Assembly: GCA_047601445.1 (NCBI GenBank)
Contig: JASGJH010000001.1
Span: forward strand, 7,072,001 to 7,136,000
DNA from: Myxococcales bacterium
GTDB lineage: Bacteria > Myxococcota_A > Polyangia > Polyangiales > DASUME01
DNA length: 64,000 nt
Reading direction: 5' to 3'
In this document: one piece after another, positions 1 through 7,499 of the stretch
Numbering within the stretch: the stretch's first letter is position 1
Layout of the letters: every line of letters starts with the position of its first letter
Position numbers and translations under genes: made by a program
The notes under the pieces: generated by a model
The model's input: the letters and a program-made list of their open reading frames with translations, nothing else
Database searches by the model: none
What the model was told of the DNA's origin: nothing

Positions 1-2060
1 AGGCGCGACAGGTGAAGCTCGGTCAGGTTGCGCTCGACCCACAGCTTCGGAAAGCGCTCGCGTACTTCGGGACGTGCAAGCGCGAAGACCATCACGGCCC
101 GATTCTCCAGGGTGCGCAGACAGTGCTCGAGCAGTCCCACGCTCGCCAGGTCGGCCCAGTGCAGGTCGTCGATGACGAGGACCAAGGGCTGGGTTCGAGC
201 CAGGGCGCCGAGCCACTCGAGCCAGCTCGCGCGCACACGGTCCGCCATGGTCTGCGGGTCTTCGCGTGCCTCCCTGAGTTCCTGCCCGACGTCGACCGCT
301 CCGTTGAGGCTGAGCACCTCGGCCAGGAAGGTCGTCACGCTTGCAGCGCGCGTCGCAGGTACCACGCGTGCAATGCCCGCACTCAGCTTCTGGCGTTTGC
401 GCTCCGGAGCGTCGCCGGAAGCCATTCCCATCCAGTCCCGCAGCGTTGGAATCAGGGCAGAGAAGGGCGACCCGCTGCGCAGTGAATCACCGGCGCCCAA
501 CAGCACGACGCACTCGCCGTTGGCGTCCGCTTGCCGAAGTCGCTGCAGGAACTCGAAGCGCAGCCGTGATTTGCCCGCGCCAGCCGGCGCCGTGACCAGC
601 ACCGCGCGCGCCATGCTTTCCTCGCGGCACTCCCCCAACAGGAGGTCGAGCTGCTGAAGCTCGCGTTCGCGCCCCACGAACGGGGTCACGCTTCCGAGCA
701 GGGTACGCGGGGTCTCGCCCCCCACGCGCTCGCGCTCGAGCACCCTGCGGCCCTGCGGTCCTCTGAGATCGAAGCGCACCTCGAGCAGGCTCGCCATGGC
801 ATCGTCCAGTCGGATCAAGCCCTCTGGCGTCTGCTCCAGCAAGTGAGCGCCCGCCTCGAGGAGCGAGCCCATCAGAACACCCTCGAGCTGAGCTTTGCCC
901 ATGCACACCGCAATGGGCGAGTCCGGCAGCAGCTCGCGCAGGCTCAGCGCACACTGGGCCGCGGCGTGGGCTTGTTCGTTGGGCGTCGTCTGCCGTTCGA
1001 GCAGGAGAATCAGCGCACCACTGAGCAAGCATTCGCAGCGGGCGCCGAAGCGGTGCCGAAGACCGTTCAAGATCTCCCTGACCCTGCGCTCGGAGCCGTC
1101 CTCCGAAGGACCGACGAAGACCGCGCTGATCACGCGTTGCTGCGCCCGTGGGCGAAGCGACGGGGCGACGCCGGTGGAGACCGCGATCTCCTGGGTTGCG
1201 ATGTTGAGAGCGATATCGCCGCTCGACGTGTACGCGAACTGGCTGGCCGATTCGATGGCCTGGAACGTGGTGCTCAACTCCGCGAAGGTCGGTCTGCGAG
1301 AGGACTCCTTCTCCAGCATGCGCAGGACCACGTTCTCGAGTGCGGGCGATACGTCCGGCCGCAGTGCATTGAGCGAAGGCGGAGCCTCGAAGCAGATCTT
1401 GCCGAGCGTGGCCAGGGCGGTATCGGCCTCGAAGGGTGGCATGCCGCAGAGGCATTCGAACAACACGCTGCCCAGGGAAAAGACGTCGGACCTGTCGTCG
1501 AGCTTGCGTGCGCCGCGGGCCTGCTCGGGCGACATGTAGAGCGGCGTTCCGAGCAAGACCCCGGTGCGGGAGAGCGGCGATTCCACTTCGGCGATGCGTC
1601 GGGCCAGGCCAAAGTCGAGCAGCTTGACGTCCTCCACGCGCCCACGTGGCAAGAAGAGGTTGGCGGGCTTGATGTCGCGATGTACGAGCCCGCGCTCGGC
1701 GATCGCTTGCAGGCCGGATACGACCCGGGCCGCCAGCTTCGCGACGTCGGCTAGTGTGAGCCAGCCGGTGCGCAGTCGGGTCAAGAGGGTGTGACCCTCC
1801 AACCACTCCATGACCAGGAACGCCTTGTCCGACTCCGCGCGCCCGTGCGCGATGTAACGAACGAGGTTCGGATGGCGAACCTCCGCCAGGAGCGCGGCCT
1901 CCCGCTCGAAGCGACCGACCTCGACAGTGCCCTCTTGGTGCAGGAGCTTGATGGCGACCTCGCGGCCGTGTGCGTGGTCGAGGGCTCGGTAGACCGTGCC
2001 GAAGCCGCCTGAACCTATCGCCTCGATTAGCTCGAACCGCTCCGCGACCAGGGCGCCCAT
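1..2060 (-). CDS. Ser/Thr protein kinase with degenerate cyclase-like region and AAA ATPase domain (3' end runs off the window)
   Basis: Not in the ORF track because it has no stop in the window. Read manually from ATG 2060: MGALVAERFELIEAIGSGGFGTVY...VAIK, HRDIKPANLFL, DFGLA, GTPLYMSPEQ, then P-loop APAGAGKSRL and VLVIDDLHWAD. Confidence 0.92.
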   Translation of the reverse strand, partial: MGALVAERFELIEAIGSGGFGTVYRALDHAHGREVAIKLLHQEGTVEVGRFEREAALLAEVRHPNLVRYIAHGRAESDKAFLVMEWLEGHTLLTRLRTGWLTLADVAKLAARVVSGLQAIAERGLVHRDIKPANLFLPRGRVEDVKLLDFGLARRIAEVESPLSRTGVLLGTPLYMSPEQARGARKLDDRSDVFSLGSVLFECLCGMPPFEADTALATLGKICFEAPPSLNALRPDVSPALENVVLRMLEKESSRRPTFAELSTTFQAIESASQFAYTSSGDIALNIATQEIAVSTGVAPSLRPRAQQRVISAVFVGPSEDGSERRVREILNGLRHRFGARCECLLSGALILLLERQTTPNEQAHAAAQCALSLRELLPDSPIAVCMGKAQLEGVLMGSLLEAGAHLLEQTPEGLIRLDDAMASLLEVRFDLRGPQGRRVLERERVGGETPRTLLGSVTPFVGRERELQQLDLLLGECREESMARAVLVTAPAGAGKSRLRFEFLQRLRQADANGECVVLLGAGDSLRSGSPFSALIPTLRDWMGMASGDAPERKRQKLSAGIARVVPATRAASVTTFLAEVLSLNGAVDVGQELREAREDPQTMADRVRASWLEWLGALARTQPLVLVIDDLHWADLASVGLLEHCLRTLENRAVMVFALARPEVRERFPKLWVERNLTELHLSR

Positions 2061-2172
2061 TGAGGCCTGTCATCATAGTCGTAGCGGGTCCCCGCAACCT
2101 AGCTTTACTGGGGCCTTCTAGAGTGGACTACGTTTGCCCACACCTGCCGCTGGCCGAGCTATGCTGCCCGGA

Positions 2173-2868
2173 ATGAGGACAGGCTTTCCCTCATGGTTCT
2201 TGCTGTCGATCTGCCTCGGCGCCTGCGCCAAGCCGGCCCGTGTTCAGACCCCCGCGCTGCCACCGGTCGTGGCGAGTCGCGGCTCTGCTCCGCCCGTGCT
2301 GGAGCTCTACACGGCCGAGGCGGCGCTGGACGACGCGCTGTCGGAAAGTCTGGAGTACGTGGGCACGGGCCAGTGGCATGGAACCGAGCGCACCCCGGCC
2401 TGCGTGTTTCGCAACGCTCGCGTATTCGTGGTGAACGTGTACTGCACGCCGCAGGACGCCCAGGCCGTGCAGTTCGAGGTCTTCTCGCCGCTGCGTGGCT
2501 TCGCGCGAATTTACGCCGAGTCGAAGGGGCTCGTGAGCGGACAGGCACGCGCGAGCTATTTCACGTTCATGGTCGAGAACGAGCCGGCTCCCAGGGCGGG
2601 GTCTGTGCTCGGTCCATTGCGCCTGGCGATGTCGTTTGCAGAGCTACGGGCCTACGACGAGCGGCGTTATTCGGCTTTCTTGCCGGCCTGCTACGTGGGC
2701 ACCAAGTTCGATCAGGGACAGCTGGGTTGTCTGGGAGCATTGAAGGCCCGGGCTCCGGAGTGGGCGGAGCGCAACCGAGCCTTCGTTCAGAGCGCGAATG
2801 GCGCCTGGTATTCGCTGGTCCGCACCATGCGCTCGCTCGCTGTGCGCTACGGGGCTGAACCTAGGTAG
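2173..2868 (+). CDS. Hypothetical lipoprotein
   Basis: Signal peptide with lipobox (SICLGAC), Pro-rich linker, globular Cys-containing domain. Start could be 2161 or 2173. Confidence 0.75.
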   Translation: MRTGFPSWFLLSICLGACAKPARVQTPALPPVVASRGSAPPVLELYTAEAALDDALSESLEYVGTGQWHGTERTPACVFRNARVFVVNVYCTPQDAQAVQFEVFSPLRGFARIYAESKGLVSGQARASYFTFMVENEPAPRAGSVLGPLRLAMSFAELRAYDERRYSAFLPACYVGTKFDQGQLGCLGALKARAPEWAERNRAFVQSANGAWYSLVRTMRSLAVRYGAEPR

Positions 2869-3107
2869 CTCCGCCGCCGCGTCCGACACTGCATTCGGTG
2901 CAACGAGGCAAGTTGCGACGGCGGCGCAATCCTCGAAATTACCGAAGGCTCGGCTCTCGAACACGGCCAGTCTCGCGACTACGCCGCCGTCACGGAAGGA
3001 ATTTGCCTGCGTTTCTCGAGTATTGCGAGAGGGTTCTTCGAACGCGCGCCGAACGTTCGGCGCCAGTTACGACGAACGCTCAAAGTAATTCCTCTGGACG
3101 CTCAAGG

Positions 3108-3347
3108 TCATCGACTGCGAATGCTGGGGCGAACCAACGCAGGGGTTCGCGCACACGCCTCACAGAAGCGCCGCCGAAAAGGAGCCCACGGCACCTCCAC
3201 CTCGCGGTACGACGAGCTACCGCAACCGCCACATACATCCTGGTGACCGGCCATCAGAACCACTGCGTACGTGTGGCAAGCCAACGCGGGGTCATAGCGG
3301 GCAAGTTCGAGTAGCCATTCGAAGGAGTTAGGGATCAGCTTGGCCAT
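3108..3347 (-). CDS. Small putative zinc-ribbon protein (79 aa)
   Basis: GGAGAG RBS before ATG 3347; CGGC...CEAC pair of CxxC motifs. Confidence 0.45.
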   Translation of the reverse strand: MAKLIPNSFEWLLELARYDPALACHTYAVVLMAGHQDVCGGCGSSSYREVEVPWAPFRRRFCEACARTPALVRPSIRSR

Positions 3348-3638
3348 GAACTCTCTCCACGCTACGCCGATGCTCGTTGAAATGTCCATGGGACGTCCAC
3401 CGCGATGCTGCGCGGAAGCGCTGCGTTGTTGTCTCGGGTGGTGAACGACAAGCTAGAACGCAGACATCAACCGGTGGCTTGCCGACCGGGGAGACTTGGG
3501 TAGCCCGGCCGAACGTCGCGGGCGCGTGAGACGCCGACCCCCAGCGAGCGAGACACTCCCCGCCAGATGCGTGACACCTGCGAGACAACTGACGTGAAAA
3601 CGCGAAAAAAGCCCATGTTTTGAACGAGTCCATCAGGC

Positions 3639-3654
3639 CGGCATACGCCTTGCT
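3639..3654 (+). promoter_or_regulatory. sigma54 -24/-12 promoter for the AraC gene
   Basis: CGGCATA-CGCC-TTGCT (GG-N10-GC), about 70 bp upstream of ATG 3725. Confidence 0.55.
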
Positions 3655-3724
3655 GTGTCCTTGCCATCCCGGCAGCATCCGTTGCTGCGATACGTTCAAG
3701 TCCAACGCCGGGGCCCCCTTCTCG

Positions 3725-4738
3725 ATGTCGTCTGTGCAGGTCTCGCCGTTGCTTCTCCGCTGTCTGCATGCCTGCCTTGTCGGCAGGGGGAATGCGTCCG
3801 CTCAGTTCTTGGCAGAAGTGCGCCCGCGACCCCCTCTCGCTTCGCGCGGTCTTTATCAGCCCATGGATTCTGTGGAGGTCGTGCGCGCCATACGGCTCGC
3901 GTACGCGCTCGCTCAGGACCCCGCACTGGCGCTTCAAGGCGGCCGCGACCTACCTGCCCATGTCCTCGGTCTTCCCGGCTTGCTCGTGGCGGAGGCGCCC
4001 ACCTTTCGAGCTGCCCTCACCCTGCTCGAGCGCTACTGGCCTCTGCTTTGCTCGCAGGGCCGCTGCGCCCTCGTCACCGAGGGCGATCACGCGCACTTCG
4101 TTCTCGATCTGGCCTCGGTCTCCACCAACGTTCGACGGTTCGCGTGTGAGTTTGCGTTCGCATTCTTGTTACAGGTGGGGCGCAGCTTCGTCGGCCGAAC
4201 GGCCTCCCCGAATCACGTGAGCTTTCCCGATCCGGCGCCCGACTACGTCGCGCAGGTCGCAGCGTGCTTCGAGTGCGACATGCACTTCGACCGGGCCCGG
4301 GCAGAGTTCGTCTTTCCCATGGAGTGGCTCGACGTTGCCCGCGCCTTCGCTGACGAGTCGTTGGTCGAGATACTGACGGAAGAGGCCGAAGCCCTACTTT
4401 CCCGCGTTCGGCACGTCAGTCCCATGCGCTCGCGCGTGTACGGCTTGCTCATGGCAGACCCGTCCCTCACGGAAGGTGATGCCAACGCCCTTGCCAAGAA
4501 GCTTGGGATCTCCACCAGCAGGATGCGACGCGCGCTCCAAGCCGAAGGCGAGACATTGATTGCCATCGCTGATGAGGCGCGCATCGATCGGGCTCGATCT
4601 CTCCTCGCCAGAAGCGAGTTGACGATCAAAGCGATCTCCGACCAACTCGGATACTCCCAGCCCAGCGCCTTCCACCGCGCGTTCAAGCGCAAAACGGGGA
4701 TGAGCCCGCTGCAGTTTCGTCGGCAAGACGCGTCGTAG
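3725..4738 (+). CDS. AraC-family transcriptional regulator (Arabinose_bd_2-type N-terminal domain + HTH)
   Basis: C-terminal IKAISDQLGYSQPSAFHRAFKRKTGMSPLQFR; N-terminal LGLPGLLVAEAPTFRAAL pattern. Confidence 0.92.
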   Translation: MSSVQVSPLLLRCLHACLVGRGNASAQFLAEVRPRPPLASRGLYQPMDSVEVVRAIRLAYALAQDPALALQGGRDLPAHVLGLPGLLVAEAPTFRAALTLLERYWPLLCSQGRCALVTEGDHAHFVLDLASVSTNVRRFACEFAFAFLLQVGRSFVGRTASPNHVSFPDPAPDYVAQVAACFECDMHFDRARAEFVFPMEWLDVARAFADESLVEILTEEAEALLSRVRHVSPMRSRVYGLLMADPSLTEGDANALAKKLGISTSRMRRALQAEGETLIAIADEARIDRARSLLARSELTIKAISDQLGYSQPSAFHRAFKRKTGMSPLQFRRQDAS

Positions 4739-4868
4739 TCGAGTGCGCTGCCTTGGAAGACAGCGACGGCAGCGCGATGCTCGAACGCATTCCGACGTTC
4801 TTCTTCTCGCGCGCGACACCGGGGTTCGTCGAACGAATCCGGATCACGTCGTGCCCGTTGCGGAGCGA

Positions 4869-4908
4869 TGTTGCCTCGTGCGCAACGGGCGTTGCCTCGC
4901 CCGTAACA
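4869..4908. promoter_or_regulatory. Tandem palindromic sites (candidate enhancer/UAS for a sigma54 activator)
   Basis: TGTTGC-N7-GCAACG (4869-4887) and CGTTGC-N7-GTAACA (4890-4908), 21 bp apart, roughly 110-150 bp upstream of the predicted sigma54 start site. Confidence 0.55.
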
Positions 4909-4990
4909 GTTCGAGCAGAGCGCACGACCGATGCGCTCCAAAGTAATTACTTCGATGGCCCAAGGTAAACGCCGAGGCGAGACCGCCCCG

Positions 4991-5006
4991 TGGCACGTGT
5001 CGTGCT
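4991..5006 (+). promoter_or_regulatory. sigma54 -24/-12 promoter
   Basis: TGGCACG-TGTC-GTGCT, one mismatch from TGGCACG-N4-TTGCW; predicted +1 near 5017, just before the riboswitch. Confidence 0.7.
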
Positions 5007-5027
5007 TATAAATACTCCGAGAAATAA

Positions 5028-5110
5028 CTCTCGAAATGGCAAACCCCGGGTGACCGGGAGACGCAAAGCCACGGGCTCGCGAGAGCGAGTTGGTCGGGCT
5101 ACCGAAGGAG
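5028..5110 (+). ncRNA. c-di-GMP-I (GEMM-I) riboswitch
   Basis: GGCAAA-CCCCGG-GTGA-CCGGGA-GACGCAAAG-CCACGGG-CTCGC-GAGA-GCGAG-TTGGTCGGGCT-ACCGAA: GEMM-I signature junctions, P2 with GYRA loop, P3, and P1 (CTC-TCG/CGA..GAG). Lies in the 5' leader of the 5119 CDS. Confidence 0.88.
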
Positions 5111-5118
5111 CAAAGCAA

Positions 5119-6093
5119 ATGAAGATGATGATTCCAGCTGTGATGGCCCTTGCGTTGGTGGGATGCGCGGCCGAGATCGCCGACGACGGTTCCGAGCTGG
5201 CCGAACAGGACATCGTGGGAGGCAACGGGCTTCCGAAGGGCAACGGGCTTCCGAAGGGCAACGGGCTTCCGAAGGGCAACGGGCTTCCGAAGGGCAACGG
5301 GCTTCCGAAGGGCAACGGCCTCGTCGAGGGCGCTGGCCTGAGCGGCGGCAACCCGGTCTCCCTCAAGAATGCCAACGGCACGCCCAACGCGCAGGGTTTC
5401 TTGAACGCGGGCAACGGCTTGCTCGGCTACGACAACAACCAGGGCACAGAATACGGCAACATGACGGCGCAGTACCTCGTCGAATGTGCACTGCCCACCG
5501 GCCACTGCGTTGACGTGGTGGACTACGCAGGCGTGCGGGCCACCTACTGCGGCAGCTTCAACCTGGCGCCTGAGTGGGAGTTCGGCGTGTGTGACACGGC
5601 CTGCCAGGAGCGAGTCAGTGCGTGTCTGCTCGCGCGTACCAACGCCAAGGGCGAGCACGTGACCCTCGAGTTCAGCGGTAAGTTCAAGAACTCTCAGGGC
5701 GTCAACCCGCTCGGCGCCCACGACGGCTCGCTCGGCTACACCAAGCAGGAGGCCACCTTCTACGGCAACCTGTTTACGGATCCACCTCAGGCCTACTTCT
5801 GCACCGGGAAGTCGCTGGATACCTGGGGCGCCCCGGAGTGGGGCTGGTTTGGCAAGGGCGCGCTGGGAACCCGCCTGTGCGGCGGTACTTTTGGCCTCTT
5901 GCCCTTCGTTTTCGCTTCCGGCGACGACTGCGAGCAGACGTACCACTACACTGGCGACTGCAACCGCGACTACAGCGTCTACCCCTTGTATAGGCAGGAC
6001 AAGTGCACGTGGGACGGCGCAGGGCAGACGGCCGTGAGCTGCATGGCTCAGGGCCAGACCTGGAACAATCCCATCACCACCTTCCTCAAGTGA
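5119..6093 (+). CDS. Cys-rich myxobacterial lipoprotein with N-terminal (GNGLPK)5 repeat
   Basis: GAAGGAG RBS; lipobox ALVGC; motifs YLVECALP, LAPEW, CQERVSACLLARTN, QEATFYGNLF; 12 Cys after the lipidated Cys. Confidence 0.9.
   Translation: MKMMIPAVMALALVGCAAEIADDGSELAEQDIVGGNGLPKGNGLPKGNGLPKGNGLPKGNGLPKGNGLVEGAGLSGGNPVSLKNANGTPNAQGFLNAGNGLLGYDNNQGTEYGNMTAQYLVECALPTGHCVDVVDYAGVRATYCGSFNLAPEWEFGVCDTACQERVSACLLARTNAKGEHVTLEFSGKFKNSQGVNPLGAHDGSLGYTKQEATFYGNLFTDPPQAYFCTGKSLDTWGAPEWGWFGKGALGTRLCGGTFGLLPFVFASGDDCEQTYHYTGDCNRDYSVYPLYRQDKCTWDGAGQTAVSCMAQGQTWNNPITTFLK
5221..5310 (+). repeat. Perfect in-frame 18-bp tandem repeat x5 (GGCAACGGGCTTCCGAAG)
   Basis: Five identical copies, followed by a partial sixth (GGCAACGGCCTC). 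Confidence 0.97.
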
Positions 6094-6420
6094 TGCGCGA
6101 GCAAGGCGCGGTCCTCGAGCGTCACAGCAGTCGGCCAAGCCTTGGCTGGCAACCAAGCCTAGGTTAGGCCGGCCCGCTCCAACGCGCGCTGTGATTTCTC
6201 GGGGGCCAGCAACGCCCAGGCACTTGCCTGCAAAGTCGAAGTCGCGATGCGCTTCGAGCAGCACCGCCGACGGCGGTAGCAGCTCGCGGCCCGCGGTGAA
6301 CACCTAGGCCTGTGATGTCGCCGCGGGCCGAGTTGCCGAACGTCGGACGATCGGGCTCTTGCAGAATCCTCTGAGCTCGTGAGAGCTTTCGCCAGGCTTA
6401 TTCACTAGGAGTCGGCTCCA

Positions 6421-7479
6421 ATGGGATTGCGACGCTCATTCACTCTGCTCGGTACGATGTTCCTCTTGAGTTCAGCTGGCTGTGGAGATGAGTCTGAAAG
6501 CGGGCCTCTCGATATCGGCCCGGACAGCAGCGTTGGCGACGGCGATGCCACAGGTGATGGTGATGGCGATGCCACTGGTGATGGTGATGGCGACACCACC
6601 GGCAATGGTGATGGCGATGGCGACGCCCCAGGTGATGGTGATGGCGACACCACCGGCAATGGTGACGGTGATGGTGATGGCGATGCCACTGGTGATGGCG
6701 ATGCATCCGGGTCCGTCTTTCCAGACGTGAAGGACTTTGCTGCCAAGGGCTCATTTTCCGTGACCACGGGGCCCAACCCGGCAGGTTGCACCATCTATCG
6801 TCCCAGCACGCTCGGCGAGATGGGTCGCAGGCACCCGGTGATCCTTTGGGGCAACGGTACCGGAACCACTCCGGTCGTCTACGATGGAGTGCTGAGGCAC
6901 TGGGCCAGCCATGGCTTCATCGCCGCGGCGGCCAACACCAGCAACGCGGGCACGGGCAAAGAGATGCTGGCCTGCCTCGACTACCTCACTCAGCAGAACG
7001 GAGCTGCCGGTAACCCGTACGCGGGCAAGGTCGATCTGGACCGTGTCGGGAGTTCGGGCCACTCGCAAGGAGGAGGAGGAGCGATCATGGCGGGCGCCGA
7101 TTCACGGGTCGACGTGAGCGCGCCCCTTCAGCCGTACATCAGCTTCATTCCCGGTGGAGGAGCGTTCAACAAGAGCTCCCTCGTCAATCAGACCGGCCCA
7201 ATGTTCCTCATGTCCGGCTCGGCTGACACCATCGCGGTACCCGCACAGCAGCAGCAGCCAGTGTTCGACGCCGTCACGGTTCCCATTTTCTGGGGCACGC
7301 TCGAGGGAGCGACTCACACCGGCACCGCGGTCGGCAACATCAACGGCTATCGCGGTCCCGCCACCGCGTGGTTTCGGCTGCATCTGATGAACGACCAGAC
7401 CGCACGCAGCACGTTCTACGGCTCGTCATGCGGGCTCTGCTCGGATCCGAAGTGGACGGTGAAGAAGAAGAACTTCTGA
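6421..7479 (+). CDS. Lipoprotein alpha/beta hydrolase (cutinase/PETase/chlorophyllase-like) with GDGDG linker
   Basis: AGGAG RBS; lipobox SSAGC; Gly/Asp repeat linker; WGNGT, GHSQGGGG nucleophile elbow, ADTIA (Asp), ATHT (His), C-terminal CGLC. Confidence 0.88.
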   Translation: MGLRRSFTLLGTMFLLSSAGCGDESESGPLDIGPDSSVGDGDATGDGDGDATGDGDGDTTGNGDGDGDAPGDGDGDTTGNGDGDGDGDATGDGDASGSVFPDVKDFAAKGSFSVTTGPNPAGCTIYRPSTLGEMGRRHPVILWGNGTGTTPVVYDGVLRHWASHGFIAAAANTSNAGTGKEMLACLDYLTQQNGAAGNPYAGKVDLDRVGSSGHSQGGGGAIMAGADSRVDVSAPLQPYISFIPGGGAFNKSSLVNQTGPMFLMSGSADTIAVPAQQQQPVFDAVTVPIFWGTLEGATHTGTAVGNINGYRGPATAWFRLHLMNDQTARSTFYGSSCGLCSDPKWTVKKKNF

Positions 7480-7499
7480 GAGCGAGAGGATGCGCGGGA

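Noticed and set aside
487..2097. 536-aa minus-strand ORF from the track
   Set aside because: Arg/Pro-rich off-frame shadow of the real kinase, which starts at 2060 in another frame.
2869..3246. Open frame continuing after the TAG of the 2173-2868 lipoprotein (possible readthrough)
   Set aside because: No recognisable domain or recoding signal; long open frames arise by chance at this GC content.
3495..3511. Minus-strand CGGCCGGGCTACCCAAG resembling the 3' end of a second GEMM riboswitch
   Set aside because: The required upstream GGCAAA and GACGCAAA junctions are absent.
6218..6232. AGGCAC...TGCA as a sigma54 promoter for the hydrolase
   Set aside because: GG-to-GC spacing is 9 nt, not the required 10.
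4243..6303. 686-aa minus-strand ORF with ALRKPV repeats (and similar long antisense ORFs such as 10756-12783 and 43014-44903)
   Set aside because: Antisense shadows of well-supported genes, expected in high-GC DNA.
6533..6705. GD/DAG low-complexity repeats (also about 32703-32888 and 50510-50810) as novel repeat systems
   Set aside because: Ordinary acidic linkers of myxobacterial lipoproteins; degenerate at the DNA level.
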